A stretch of DNA of 63,000 nucleotides, filler included, from Candidatus Hydrogenedentota bacterium (GTDB taxonomy: Bacteria > JBFMHD01), in the NCBI GenBank assembly GCA_040752395.1. It is 14 parts of 14 records of this genome, joined end to end, with 100 filler letters (N's around TTAATTAATTAA, not from the genome) between each part and the next. Parts side by side here need not be neighbours in the genome. Positions count along the whole stretch, not along the records: positions 42,676 to 46,031 come from JBFMHD010000268.1; positions 46,132 to 49,459 come from JBFMHD010000269.1; positions 49,560 to 52,864 come from JBFMHD010000270.1; positions 52,965 to 56,268 come from JBFMHD010000271.1; 10 more parts are not named here. One strand, given 5' to 3'. The notes under the pieces were generated by a model. It saw only the letters and a program-made list of their open reading frames with translations, was not told the origin of the DNA and ran no database searches. The translations under genes and the position numbers were made by a program. Numbering within the stretch: position 1 is the stretch's first letter; every line of letters begins with the position of its first letter. Below, one piece after another: positions 42,676 through 53,250 of the stretch.

Positions 42676-42948
42676 AGAAGAAACTATATCTTAAAGCAAA
42701 GTCACAACCGAACTTTCGCTTCTATGCATTATACGACAAGATTTACCGAATGGATGTACTGCAAAAGGCTTGGCGGAACTTGAATAAACAAGGAGCGTCA
42801 GGAATAGACAGACAAAGTATCAAAGAGAAAGTGGATAAAATAGTAAAAGATTTAACCACTGTAATAAACAGTATGAATGTTAAGTGCTTAACTGGTCGCT
42901 TGCGACGTATCACTAACAATATCCTACTGCGCCAGCGCTCTACTCTAC
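42676..42948 (+). mobile_element. Group II intron remnant (RT/maturase N-terminus plus putative intron 3' end)
   Basis: KKLYLKAKSQPNFRFYALYDKIYRMDVLQKAW...GASGIDRQSI; 3'-end-like GCGCCAGCGCTCTACTCTAC. Confidence 0.7.
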
Positions 42949-43868
42949 AGATTCAAAAAATTCAAAGATTATTTACTTTATATCTTTGTGCCTTTGTGCC
43001 TCTGTGCCTTTACACTTCACTTTATGCTGGTAATGAGAACAAAGCAGGTGCTGCTTTCCTTAAGATAGGGGTAGGAGCAGAACCGACTGCGCTTGGTGGT
43101 GGGTATACAGCATTAGCAGATGATGTGCATAGTTTGTACTGGAATCCTGCTGGCTTAGGAGACGTCAAAACAAGAGAAGTATTATTTATGCATAATGAAT
43201 GGTTTGAGGGTATAAATTACGAGTATTTAGGGTTTGTAATGCCCTGGCACAGAGCCGCGGTCGGATTTACAGTAAGTTATCTTGATTATGGTGATATGAA
43301 TCGGTATTTAATAAGTGCGACGCAGACGCCGGTACCTACCGGGACCTTCAGTGCAGATGATTTAGCACTCGGATTGGGGTATGGGTTTGAATTTACTGAG
43401 CAGGTAAAACTTGGTATAGTGGGGAAATATATCTGTGAGGAGATAGACGATGCAGATGCGAGTACATTGGCCATAGATGTGGGAATAAAGTACCGGATGG
43501 GATATGAAGGGTTAGAATTTGGGATAGCGGTAAAGGACATAGGAGATAAGCTGAGATTTGACAGAGATAAATATAGTTTGCCGTTAACAGTGCGGCTTGG
43601 TTTGGGATACACATATAGTCATTGGAGGATAGGTATAGACGGCGTAAAGCCACGGGATGATACCTGGGGAATAAACACAGGGATAGAGTATAGTTTCAGT
43701 GATTATTTATTTTTGCGGGTGGGATATGATTCGTTATACGATGCAGGTAGCGGGTTCACAGCTGGAGTAGGGTTCAAGATGGATTCATTCTGCGTAGATT
43801 ATGCGTATGGTGATTCAAAAAATCTGGACAACACTCACAGGTTTTCATTGAGATACAGTTTTAAGTGA
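42949..43868 (+). CDS. PorV/UPF0164-like outer-membrane beta-barrel protein (start unclear)
   Basis: GAAFLKIGVGA...ALGG.YTALADD..SLYWNPAGL; C-terminal THRFSLRYSF. Confidence 0.8.
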
Positions 43869-44004
43869 CCCTGGAAGCCGCAATCCAGATGAGGTCTCTT
43901 TTTATGAAAGATCAGACATAATTGAGAAAGTAATAAATGGAATAAATTATTGGACATATACCTCAATTTTACCCTCATTTTATTATAATTACAATTTTAA
44001 ACTG

Positions 44005-45702
44005 TCAAATTTTGTAAACTTTAATTTCTTCGCTTGAATAAAATTTTTCAAGTTTAAGAACATTCTCAAAAAGGATATTATAAATCTCCCTGGTCTTTGC
44101 GTGAAAATACATTTCGTGGAATATAATATATTTTATCTTGTTCTGTTTCATTATCTCTATACCTTTTAAATAATAAGAGAGATCTTTTTCTTCAGTAATC
44201 AATGTGGGATTATATAGCTCAAGCAAAAGAGGAGTATTGAAAATAAATTTGTAGGATTCTGGATTTATGTATGTTATCATTCCTGCAAGAATCGGTTTTT
44301 TATGTATACTTTGGTAGTATTGAAGAGGCTCGGGCCATTCGGTAATCGGCACTTCACAGACCGCAAAATCCTCTTTTTCAGAGGCTAACCTGTCATAAAA
44401 CTCATCGTATTTCAAATCTACAAAAGCTAAAGGTTTAGGCGTATAATCATTACTTATAAAAATGAGGATGAAAATATATAGAACCCAGAATCTGCCCGTC
44501 CTGCATAATAAATATTTTATTCCATAAGCTGATAATATTGATAGTACTAAATAGTCTATCAATATAAATCTGATGGGCACTCTTCCTGAACTTAAAAACG
44601 GTATTTGTTTTAAAATGAGATAGGGAAGCGGAATCGAAAGTACGTTGCCATTTACGTGAAGATAAGGTCCTAAAGCCAGCATTGTAAATAAAAGAAAGAT
44701 GGATAAGAAGAGTTTCTTAAATCTATTCTCTTTTAACCCAAAGAATGACAGAATCAGTGTGGTATATCCGAGATATGCGCATTTCTCAGTTCCTGTAAAA
44801 TTGTTATATATCTTTGCCGTAAAAGTGCCGAACATACTGTTAAAATATGGCGGAACAAAAAATGATAAAATGTCTGCTGAATTAGCGATGTATATTTTGT
44901 CAGGAGATTTCATGTAATCAAACTTCAGCGACTCTGAAATAATGGGAATTACAACAGGCAAAACCGATATTAAAACGAATAAGATAAAGATAAGCATAAG
45001 GTTAACCAGCTGTTTTGAATAACTAAAAAATGAGACTAATAAAATAACTGAGAGTATTGAGACAGTTACAGATGCGTAAAGGTCAGTGTAAAAAATTATT
45101 ATAAAAAATACGATTGAAAAAACGAGGTATTTATATCTTCTCTCCTTGACTGCTCTGATAAAAGTGTAAACAAAAACAGGTACCCACTGGATGGACATAT
45201 GTTCGAGATGATAAACGTGCTCAAAATGATAAGGAGACATCATATAAATTATTCCTGCAGTGACTGAAGGTAAAGTATCCTCCGTAAAATAGTAAGCCAG
45301 TTTATACATAAAGAAACCTGACAGAATAAATGATAGTAGGAACATTGTATTGTAAGCACCCTGAAGATTGAACGCATATTGAAAAGGTATAGAGATAATG
45401 CCCCCGGCTAAATTTAGACTATGTAAATATAGATGTGTACCCTGGGGATGAAAAAAAAGGTTTGTGAAATATGGGTTTGTTTTTAAATATAAAAGCGAAT
45501 GTTTAATCCACCATAAGTTCCATAAGTGCAGCCAGACATCGGAAGATTGGGCCTTAAAGATTAGAGCTTTATTTGAACTTGGAAATTCAAAATCATAGGG
45601 TATAGATTCTGTAAAATTAAATATTAAAGGTGATGTTACAATGATAGAAAATACGATAAAAAAGAGTAGCACAAAAGCATTTTTTTTATACATATAATTC
45701 AA
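44005..45702 (-). CDS. Multi-TM GT-C glycosyltransferase-like protein
   Basis: D.WLHLWNLWW, NPYFT...FHPQG, SADILSFFVP, YLGY, LGP and RVPIRF. Confidence 0.7.
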   Translation of the reverse strand: MNYMYKKNAFVLLFFIVFSIIVTSPLIFNFTESIPYDFEFPSSNKALIFKAQSSDVWLHLWNLWWIKHSLLYLKTNPYFTNLFFHPQGTHLYLHSLNLAGGIISIPFQYAFNLQGAYNTMFLLSFILSGFFMYKLAYYFTEDTLPSVTAGIIYMMSPYHFEHVYHLEHMSIQWVPVFVYTFIRAVKERRYKYLVFSIVFFIIIFYTDLYASVTVSILSVILLVSFFSYSKQLVNLMLIFILFVLISVLPVVIPIISESLKFDYMKSPDKIYIANSADILSFFVPPYFNSMFGTFTAKIYNNFTGTEKCAYLGYTTLILSFFGLKENRFKKLFLSIFLLFTMLALGPYLHVNGNVLSIPLPYLILKQIPFLSSGRVPIRFILIDYLVLSILSAYGIKYLLCRTGRFWVLYIFILIFISNDYTPKPLAFVDLKYDEFYDRLASEKEDFAVCEVPITEWPEPLQYYQSIHKKPILAGMITYINPESYKFIFNTPLLLELYNPTLITEEKDLSYYLKGIEIMKQNKIKYIIFHEMYFHAKTREIYNILFENVLKLEKFYSSEEIKVYKI

Positions 45703-46131
45703 GATTATATTTAGAATTTACAATTTGACAAATGAGCCCGTCGCACAAGTCATTAATAAACAAATTTTGTAAAAAAATCAAGAGAATTCTTATTGAAGTC
45801 GTAATGCCCCAGTTATTGGTGCAGTAGAACTTAAACATAATGTATGAAAAAGAGTGGGGATTGACAATAAAAAGCAGCAATTCAGACTGGAACACGGAAC
45901 AAACATCATAACCACCTTTGATAAAACTGAAAGTAATGGGAGCGGCGAAAAAATGGAAGTTTTTGAAGAGTGTCTGATGGTGGTTTAAAAGAGAGATGGG
46001 ATATTTGTAATTTAATAATTGAATTCGAAGGNNNNNNNNNNNNNNNNNNNNNNNNNNNNNNNNNNNNNNNNNNNNTTAATTAATTAANNNNNNNNNNNNN
46101 NNNNNNNNNNNNNNNNNNNNNNNNNNNNNNN

Positions 46132-47450
46132 GTATAATAAGGGCCTGTAAAGAGATGGGGATAAAGACAGTCGCGATATTTTCTGAAGCTGATGAAGACT
46201 GTCTGCATACTACAATGGCTGATGAATCGGTCTGTGTTGGACCTGCAAATGCCGCTTCGAGTTATCTTAATATCGCAAATATATTAAGTGCAGCTGAAGT
46301 GTATGGTTGTGATGCCATTCATCCAGGGTATGGTTTCCTTTCTGAATCTGAGCGATTTGCAAGTTTATGTAAAGAGTGCAATATTACATTTATAGGACCC
46401 TCACTTGAGATGATCCAGAAGATGGGAAACAAAGATGAGGCAAGAAAAAGTGTTAAAGAAGCAGGGGTAGTTGTTGTTCCTGGCAGCGCGGGTATTGTTG
46501 AGACTTATGAAATAGCGTTAAAAGAAGCTATTCGTCTCGGGTTTCCTGTCCTTATAAAAGCTGCTGCTGGCGGTGGCGGCAAAGGGATGAGAATAATTTA
46601 TCAGGAAAAAGAGATGAAAGAAGCGTTTGAGTTGGCTCGAAGTGAAGCTCTATCTGCTTTTGGGTCCCCCGATGTGTATATAGAAAAATATATAACGCCG
46701 GTAAGACATATTGAGATACAGGTATTAGGCGATAAAAAGGGAAATATAGTTTGTTTCCCTGAGAGAGACTGCAGCCTTCAACGCAGAAATCAAAAATTAA
46801 TAGAAGAAACGCCATCTCCATTTATCTGGCAGCGATTGAGAAAAAAACTAATGAACGCTGCTTATAAAGCAGCACATTCTTGCAGATATGAAAGCGCAGG
46901 TACTGTAGAATTTATTGTTAATGAAAAGGGCGATTTTTATTTTCTTGAAATGAATACTAGAATACAGGTCGAACATCCGGTTACTGAAATTCTTACAGGT
47001 GTAGATATTGTTAAAGAACAGATAAAAGTTGCAGCTTCACAAGAACTTGATATCGAGACATCAGATTTTTATGAACCTGAAGGTTGTGCGATGGAATTTA
47101 GAATCAATGCTGAAGATTATAAGAAAGATTTTATGCCTTCACCAGGAGAAATAAAGTTCTGTTTTTTTCCAGGCGGACCCGGAGTAAGAGTTGATACACA
47201 TATATATTCAGGTTATACAGTGCCTCGAAATTATGATTCTTTGCTTGCTAAAATTATAGTTTATGAAAAAGATAGAGATGGTCTCTTAAAAAGAGCCCGA
47301 CGTGTTCTTGAAGAGATAAGGATTGAAGGCGTGCCTACAACAAAGGATTTTTATCTTAAAATACTTGATTATCACGAGTTGGCTCAAGGAAAAATAACCA
47401 CTGATTCTATAACAAGAATTTTTGAATGGTTAGAAGAAAAGAAGTTGTAA
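46132..47450 (+). CDS. accC: Biotin carboxylase (5' truncated)
   Basis: AIHPGYGFLSE, KAAAGGGGKGMR, ERDCSLQRRNQKL and EMNTRIQVEHPVTE. Confidence 0.95.
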
Positions 47451-47462
47451 AAGGAGGTCATT

Positions 47463-47810
47463 ATGAATATTGAAAACTTAGGCAATGTATCAGTATCAAG
47501 TGAGGTCATAGCAAAGATTGCCGGGTTGGCAGCACTTGAGATAGAGGGTGTTAGTGGTCTAAAGGAAACTATAGCATCAGGCATCGCTAAACTTATTGGT
47601 AAAGAAGTTGCTTCAGGCGGTGTCGTTGTATCTTTAGAGAATGACCAGGTGAACATTGAGATGAATATTATTGTTAAATATGGAGCACCTATACCTGAGG
47701 TCTCATTCAGGGTCCAGCAAAACGTTAAGAATCAGGTCGAAAAGATGACTGGCAAATCTGTTGTCTCGGTTAATGTTAATATCTCAGACGTTCAGCTGCC
47801 TAAAGATTAA
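47463..47810 (+). CDS. Asp23/Gls24 family protein
   Basis: G.V.VS.EVIAKIAGLAALEIEGV...VQQNVK..VE.MTG..V..VNVNI; follows accC. Confidence 0.9.
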   Translation: MNIENLGNVSVSSEVIAKIAGLAALEIEGVSGLKETIASGIAKLIGKEVASGGVVVSLENDQVNIEMNIIVKYGAPIPEVSFRVQQNVKNQVEKMTGKSVVSVNVNISDVQLPKD

Positions 47811-47933
47811 ATTAGACAACATTCTTTTGAATGTCGACAAGTATCCACGTTGTTTCTATCTTCCTTTAAATAAAAAATGAGAATTAAGAAAGGGGGAATA
47901 GAAGTGTGGTGCCGAAAAGAAACAAGGTCCACA

Positions 47934-48350
47934 ATGCAAAAAACAGGCTTAAATAAGATTTATCGCATTATCGATGCTAATTATAACAGAACAACCGAAG
48001 GGTTACGGGTACTTGAAGATATATCGAGATTTATACTTGATGATAAAAGACTGCAACAACAAATAAAAAAAATAAGACACACTATAAAAAATATTATTGC
48101 AGGACAATTTGGGAATAGAATTCTTATACAAAATAGAAACTCACAAAAAGATGTTGGCAGATGTTTTACTATAAAAGATGAGAAGAAAAGAAAAAATTTT
48201 TCCGATATCATCTATGCTAATGCCAAAAGAATAACAGAATCTTTACGCGTAATTGAAGAAATAATGAAACTAATTACAAAAAAAAATAATATCAAAAAAT
48301 TAAGATATCAGGTCTATTCCATAGAAAAAAAGATTATCTCTAAATTATGA
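47934..48350 (+). CDS. ThiD2-like protein
   Basis: RIIDANYNRTTEGLRVLED..RF and AN.KR..ESLRV.EE; upstream of thiE. Confidence 0.8.
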   Translation: MQKTGLNKIYRIIDANYNRTTEGLRVLEDISRFILDDKRLQQQIKKIRHTIKNIIAGQFGNRILIQNRNSQKDVGRCFTIKDEKKRKNFSDIIYANAKRITESLRVIEEIMKLITKKNNIKKLRYQVYSIEKKIISKL

Positions 48351-49003
48351 ATATCAGAGAAAGATTAAGTAAGTCAAAATTATATGTTATTACAGATTCT
48401 CAAATGATTGGTAATAGAGATATTTTTAATATTGTTGAAGATGTAGCAAAAAACGGGGCAGATATTATACAGTATAGAGAAAAGAATAAAAGCTTCAATG
48501 AGATGGTCTCTGAAGCAAAAGAAATTATGAAGATAGTTCATAAATATAATAAGATTTTCATTATCAACGATTATCCTCTGTTGATGAAAGCTACTAATGC
48601 TGATGGTCTACATCTTGGTCAGGATGATATCTTAAGGCACAGAGGCATAGATGCTGGGAGAAAACTCATTGGAGATAAAATCCTCGGGTTATCAACTCAT
48701 AATCTTAAACAGGCTAAAGATGCTCAAAGACTTGGAGCAGATTATATCGGCATCGGACCTGTGTTTTTTACTGATACAAAAGAAGGGGTGTGTAAACCCA
48801 TAGGACTTGAAATGATGAAAAAAATGATTGGTTCAGTTAATATACCGTATTTTGTTATAGGTGGTATTCATTTAAATAATATTAAAGAAGTATTAAAAAA
48901 AGGAGCTAAAAGAATTGCAGTAGTATCCGAAGTTATGAAATCACATAATCCCGGTAAATCCATTATTCAATTACAAGAGTTGTTAAATGAAAAATCTAAT
49001 TGA
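48347..49003 (+). CDS. thiE: Thiamine-phosphate synthase
   Basis: LYVITD, QYREK, IIND, GLHLGQDD, GLSTH, GPVF.T.TK and IGGI. Confidence 0.93.
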   Translation: MNIRERLSKSKLYVITDSQMIGNRDIFNIVEDVAKNGADIIQYREKNKSFNEMVSEAKEIMKIVHKYNKIFIINDYPLLMKATNADGLHLGQDDILRHRGIDAGRKLIGDKILGLSTHNLKQAKDAQRLGADYIGIGPVFFTDTKEGVCKPIGLEMMKKMIGSVNIPYFVIGGIHLNNIKEVLKKGAKRIAVVSEVMKSHNPGKSIIQLQELLNEKSN

Positions 49004-49459
49004 GTTTATAAAGTCTATATTCGCTTATTCTCCGGAAGAACAACATAGAACAAGAAGATATCCAACCTTGAGATATAAAATAGCCAACCCTTTATATAAA
49101 ATCGATACGTATAAACTTATAAAACTCATAAAAAATAAAAGATTTGAAGATATAAAAAACAATCTAAAAACTTTACCATTAGGAGTATTTAGTTTTATTG
49201 ATTATAATAAATTGTATAATATTTATGAAACAGGAATCAAAGATTTTCAGGCTATAGCAAATAGAGATATCGATTCACTCTCAAAAATATTCAGCTTTTT
49301 AAATAGAAAAGAATTAATTAGAATAAAACGAATCTGTGATGACTTACTTAAAAGTAATAATCATATCAAAAGAAGAAGAATATTTAATAAAGAACAGGCT
49401 AAAATACTCGCCTCGCAAACCTCAAGATATGTAGAGATGAATTTTGAAAAATTGTTTGC
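48987..49459 (+). CDS. Hypothetical protein (3' truncated)
   Basis: Frame open to contig end; start overlaps the thiE end. Confidence 0.5.
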
Positions 49460-49733
49460 NNNNNNNNNNNNNNNNNNNNNNNNNNNNNNNNNNNNNNNNN
49501 NNNTTAATTAATTAANNNNNNNNNNNNNNNNNNNNNNNNNNNNNNNNNNNNNNNNNNNNATTTTATCTCAGGAATTCGGATTCGTTATTAGTATTTTAGT
49601 TATATTATGCTGGTATGGTTTTTTAGGTGGGCTTATAGATATATTTTTAAAAGACTATCTTTATACCCAGTTTTAGCCTATAAAAATTTAGCAATCCCAT
49701 CTTACTTCCCGCTTCTTCTCCACCTATAACTGA

Positions 49734-49822
49734 GAACGTGTGAAATAATCAACATTAATACCTGCTAACTTTTTTATTATCAGTCCCCATTTTCTAAAAA
49801 AGTCTAATTTTTTCACACGTTC
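49734..49822. mobile_element. 89-bp MITE with IS1182-like ends
   Basis: IR GAACGTGTGAAA/TTTCACACGTTC; TGA direct repeats; interior similar to 53172-53240. Confidence 0.75.
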
Positions 49823-49947
49823 TGAGGGAATACAGAAGTATCAAATTTTTCCTTGACCTCCTCCTTTATTTTCTTTATCTTATGCTTAACTATAACAAAT
49901 CAAGTTTTCCAGGGGTTAGGAGTAAGGGGTTAAGGGAGGGATCCAAG

Positions 49948-51180
49948 ATGCGAGAAGAAGAAGCTAATGCAATTGCTCTAATGGAATTAAAACTAAAGCT
50001 TGAGGAGGCATTGGCCCAGTTAAAAACATCACGTGAGAAAATATCGCAGCAGGAACATCTGAGATCCCTCGGTCAGATGGCAAGCGGTATAGTACATGAT
50101 TTTAATAATGCATTAACTACAATTATGGGTTTTACTGAACTTTTATTAATAAATCCAAATGATAGAGAAAATAGAAAGAATCTTAAAAAATATCTAAAAA
50201 TTATATACACAGCAGCTACCGATGCTGCAAATATAGTAAACCGCTTAAAAGAATTCTATCGCACAAAACGTGACAAAGACGAGATTATTGAACCACTGGA
50301 CATTAATCAAATAATAAAAGATACCATATTCATAAGTAAACCTCGATGGAAAGAGGAGGTAGAGGCAAAGGGGATAACCATAACAATTAAAACAAAATTA
50401 GATAAAATACCCATAATTTATGGTGATATATCAGAGATGCGCGAGGTATTTATTAACTTGATTTTTAATGCTGTTGATGCCATGCCATCAGGGGGTAAGA
50501 TATTCATCACTACTACTGCATGCAAAAAAGATAATACTATTACAATAAGTGTAAGGGATACCGGTATTGGTATGAGCAAAGAAGTTTGTGACCACTGTTT
50601 TGATCCGTTCTTTACTACTAAAAGTGATAAGGGTTCTGGACTTGGGTTATCTGTGGTTTTTGGTATTATAACAAGATACAATGGCAGAATCGAGGTTGAG
50701 AGTGAAAAGGGTAAAGGCACAACTTTTTTGATTAAGCTACCTGTTATTTCTAAAGAGGTATATGAGTCCCCAGATAAAGAATTAAAAGATATAATGACCC
50801 CTATGAATATTCTTGTTATAGACGATAACCCGGGCGTACGTAAAATAATAACAAAATATCTTAAAATCATGGGGCATAGTGTTGATGATATGAATAACGG
50901 ATACTCTGCACTGCAACACTTTAAAATCAAAAAATATGATCTTGTTATAACAGACAGGGCTATGCCTAAAATGAGTGGTGACCAGTTAGCAGGAAAAATC
51001 AAAAGGTTATCACCCACAACACCGATTATACTTTTAACCGGTTTCGGCGAGATAATGAAAGCTGAAGACGATCTTCCATCAAACGTGGATTACATTCTTG
51101 GTAAGCCAATAACCTCAAGTACGTTAAGAAAATCGATACTTAAAGTTATTAATGACATAATAATCCGTAACCAATCTTAA
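49948..51180 (+). CDS. Hybrid histidine kinase/receiver with no evident sensor domain
   Basis: H-box SGIVHDFNN, NLIFNA, DTGIGM, FFTTK..GSGLGL and a C-terminal receiver; ATG 49948 after GGGAGG. Confidence 0.88.
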   Translation: MREEEANAIALMELKLKLEEALAQLKTSREKISQQEHLRSLGQMASGIVHDFNNALTTIMGFTELLLINPNDRENRKNLKKYLKIIYTAATDAANIVNRLKEFYRTKRDKDEIIEPLDINQIIKDTIFISKPRWKEEVEAKGITITIKTKLDKIPIIYGDISEMREVFINLIFNAVDAMPSGGKIFITTTACKKDNTITISVRDTGIGMSKEVCDHCFDPFFTTKSDKGSGLGLSVVFGIITRYNGRIEVESEKGKGTTFLIKLPVISKEVYESPDKELKDIMTPMNILVIDDNPGVRKIITKYLKIMGHSVDDMNNGYSALQHFKIKKYDLVITDRAMPKMSGDQLAGKIKRLSPTTPIILLTGFGEIMKAEDDLPSNVDYILGKPITSSTLRKSILKVINDIIIRNQS

Positions 51181-51196
51181 ATATACTTTTTCTCAG

Positions 51197-52552
51197 TTAT
51201 TCAATTTTATATCTCTGTAATTTTCTATACAATGTAGCTAATCCTATACCTAAAATCTCTGCTGTTAGTCTCTTATCTTTCTTACACTGGTTATATACCT
51301 TATAGATATATTCTTTTTCAAGGTTTTCAAGCGATAAATATTTTTCTATATTGTTATTTTCTTTAGTTTGTATCTTTTTTTTATCTTTCCTCTCTTTTAT
51401 CTCTGAGGGCAGATGTTTGAGCTCTATATCACCATCCGCTGATATAAGGATCATTCTTTCAAGAACGTTTTCCAACTCACGCACATTCCCCGGCCAATCA
51501 TACCACTTAAGCACCTCAACTGTCTCCTTAGATATCTTTTTATTTGTTATACTTTTCTTTTTTATATAATTGTTAATAAGTAATGGTATATCTTCTCTTC
51601 TTTCTCTGATTGGCGGGATATGGATTATAAATGTAGCTAACCTATAATAGAGGTCTTCCTTGAACCTCTTTTTATTAATTTCTTGTTCAATATCTCTATT
51701 AGTTGCGCTTATAACCCTTATATCAATCTCGATCTCTTCAGTTCCACCGACACGGCGTATCATCTTTGTTTCTATGGCTCTTAAAATTTTTGATTGAAGT
51801 TCAGGTGGCATTTCAGCTATCTCATCAAGAAATAGAGTACCTTTATTAGCTATCTCAAAAAGTCCATATTTTCTGGAAAGCGCACCGGAAAACGCACCTT
51901 TCTCATACCCAAAAAACTCGCTCTCTAATAACTCTTTGGGTACAGCAGCACAGTTAATAGGTATAAATGGCTCGTTTCTTCGGTTACTCAAATCATGTAT
52001 AGCACGCGATACAAGTTCTTTACCTGTACCGCTTTCACCAGTGATTAATACTGCTACATTCGAGGCTGCTACTGTCCTTATCTCTTCCAACACCTTCTTT
52101 ATAGTATTACTTGATCCTATTATCTCAGGCCTCTCGTACCTGAGAATAACCTGTTTTAACTGTTCAGTACGCTCATGTAAATTCTTGGTTTTATATATCC
52201 TCTCTACGAGTTTTAACACCTCAACTCTATTTAGAGGTTTTGTTAGATAATCGTCAGCCCCAAGTTTCATTGCTTCTACAGCACTTTCTATCGAAGAAAA
52301 CCCGGTAACTAAAATAACATTTGTATTAGGTGAAATTATTTTGATTTTTTTAAGTAGCTCCATACCGCTCATACCAGGCATCGAAATATCAGTAAAAACC
52401 AGATCATGTCTTATGGCTTCAAATATCCTTAATGCTTCTTTCCCATCACAAGCTTGCTGAACATTATATCCCTCTTTCTTGAATAGTAATTTAAAATATT
52501 CCCTTATGGCTATCTCGTCATCTACAATCAGAATGTTAAAATTAGATTTCAT
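51197..52552 (-). CDS. NtrC-family sigma54-dependent response regulator
   Basis: Receiver, GESGTGKE, GAFSGA, LFLDEI, WPGNVREL and Fis-type HTH. Confidence 0.93.
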   Translation of the reverse strand: MKSNFNILIVDDEIAIREYFKLLFKKEGYNVQQACDGKEALRIFEAIRHDLVFTDISMPGMSGMELLKKIKIISPNTNVILVTGFSSIESAVEAMKLGADDYLTKPLNRVEVLKLVERIYKTKNLHERTEQLKQVILRYERPEIIGSSNTIKKVLEEIRTVAASNVAVLITGESGTGKELVSRAIHDLSNRRNEPFIPINCAAVPKELLESEFFGYEKGAFSGALSRKYGLFEIANKGTLFLDEIAEMPPELQSKILRAIETKMIRRVGGTEEIEIDIRVISATNRDIEQEINKKRFKEDLYYRLATFIIHIPPIRERREDIPLLINNYIKKKSITNKKISKETVEVLKWYDWPGNVRELENVLERMILISADGDIELKHLPSEIKERKDKKKIQTKENNNIEKYLSLENLEKEYIYKVYNQCKKDKRLTAEILGIGLATLYRKLQRYKIE

Positions 52553-52964
52553 CTTGACCCCCATTATTAAAATAGTTTAATTAATATACACTATACTTTC
52601 GCACATTTTACCTTGAAAAAATAAAAAGCCCCCGTATAATATTGACTACAATTAAATAATCAACACTATACCGAGGAAACTTCAATGTTTACTACACAGC
52701 AAAGTATACAACCACCAAAGAATTTTGACAAGTATTCAAATCACTAATTAATTTTTGATAGTTTATATCACTTCCCTGTGAACCATAAAAAATTAGAATC
52801 ATTATTTAATACCTTGAAAATGGCTGCTTAAATGAAATCCATTGACTTATTTTCTGCTAAAGTANNNNNNNNNNNNNNNNNNNNNNNNNNNNNNNNNNNN
52901 NNNNNNNNTTAATTAATTAANNNNNNNNNNNNNNNNNNNNNNNNNNNNNNNNNNNNNNNNNNNN

Positions 52965-53240
52965 TTATGTTTCTACCTTTAAACGGGGCTGGCAGTTTGC
53001 TTGAGATTGACGAGCAGTTACGGTTACCATGGGTACAGAAATATTTTGGTGGTAGAGTATCAGATACGCATATGGTGCGAGTATTAAGTGGGCTCAAAGC
53101 CAATGGGATTCGTGGTATGAATTACCGGATGTGTATAGCAGGCAATTACACCTATCAACTTGGGAATAAACATTAATACCGAGCAACTCTTTTATTATCA
53201 GCCCCTGTTTTCTGAAAAAGTCTAATTTTTTCACACCTTC
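52965..53240 (+). mobile_element. Degenerate IS remnant (transposase-like fragment plus right end)
   Basis: SLLEIDEQLR...SDTHMVRVL resembles DDE transposase N-terminal regions; ends TTTCACACCTTC-TGA-GGGAATAC like the MITE at 49734. Confidence 0.55.
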
Positions 53241-53250
53241 TGAGGGAATA

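Noticed and set aside
42676-42948. Retron or diversity-generating retroelement
   Set aside because: The fragment has the group II intron RT N-terminal signature and no YxDD region, and no adenine-specific TR/VR pair was seen.
42750-43868. 372-aa ORF as a single native protein
   Set aside because: Its N-terminal part is group II intron RT debris, so it was treated as a chimera.
50418-51017. 199-aa antisense ORF and other short shadow ORFs
   Set aside because: They lie opposite well-supported genes and have no recognisable motifs.
52740-52864. 125-bp exact inverted match with 59533-59657
   Set aside because: Both copies are contig ends, so this is most simply an assembly-graph overlap rather than a biological inverted repeat.
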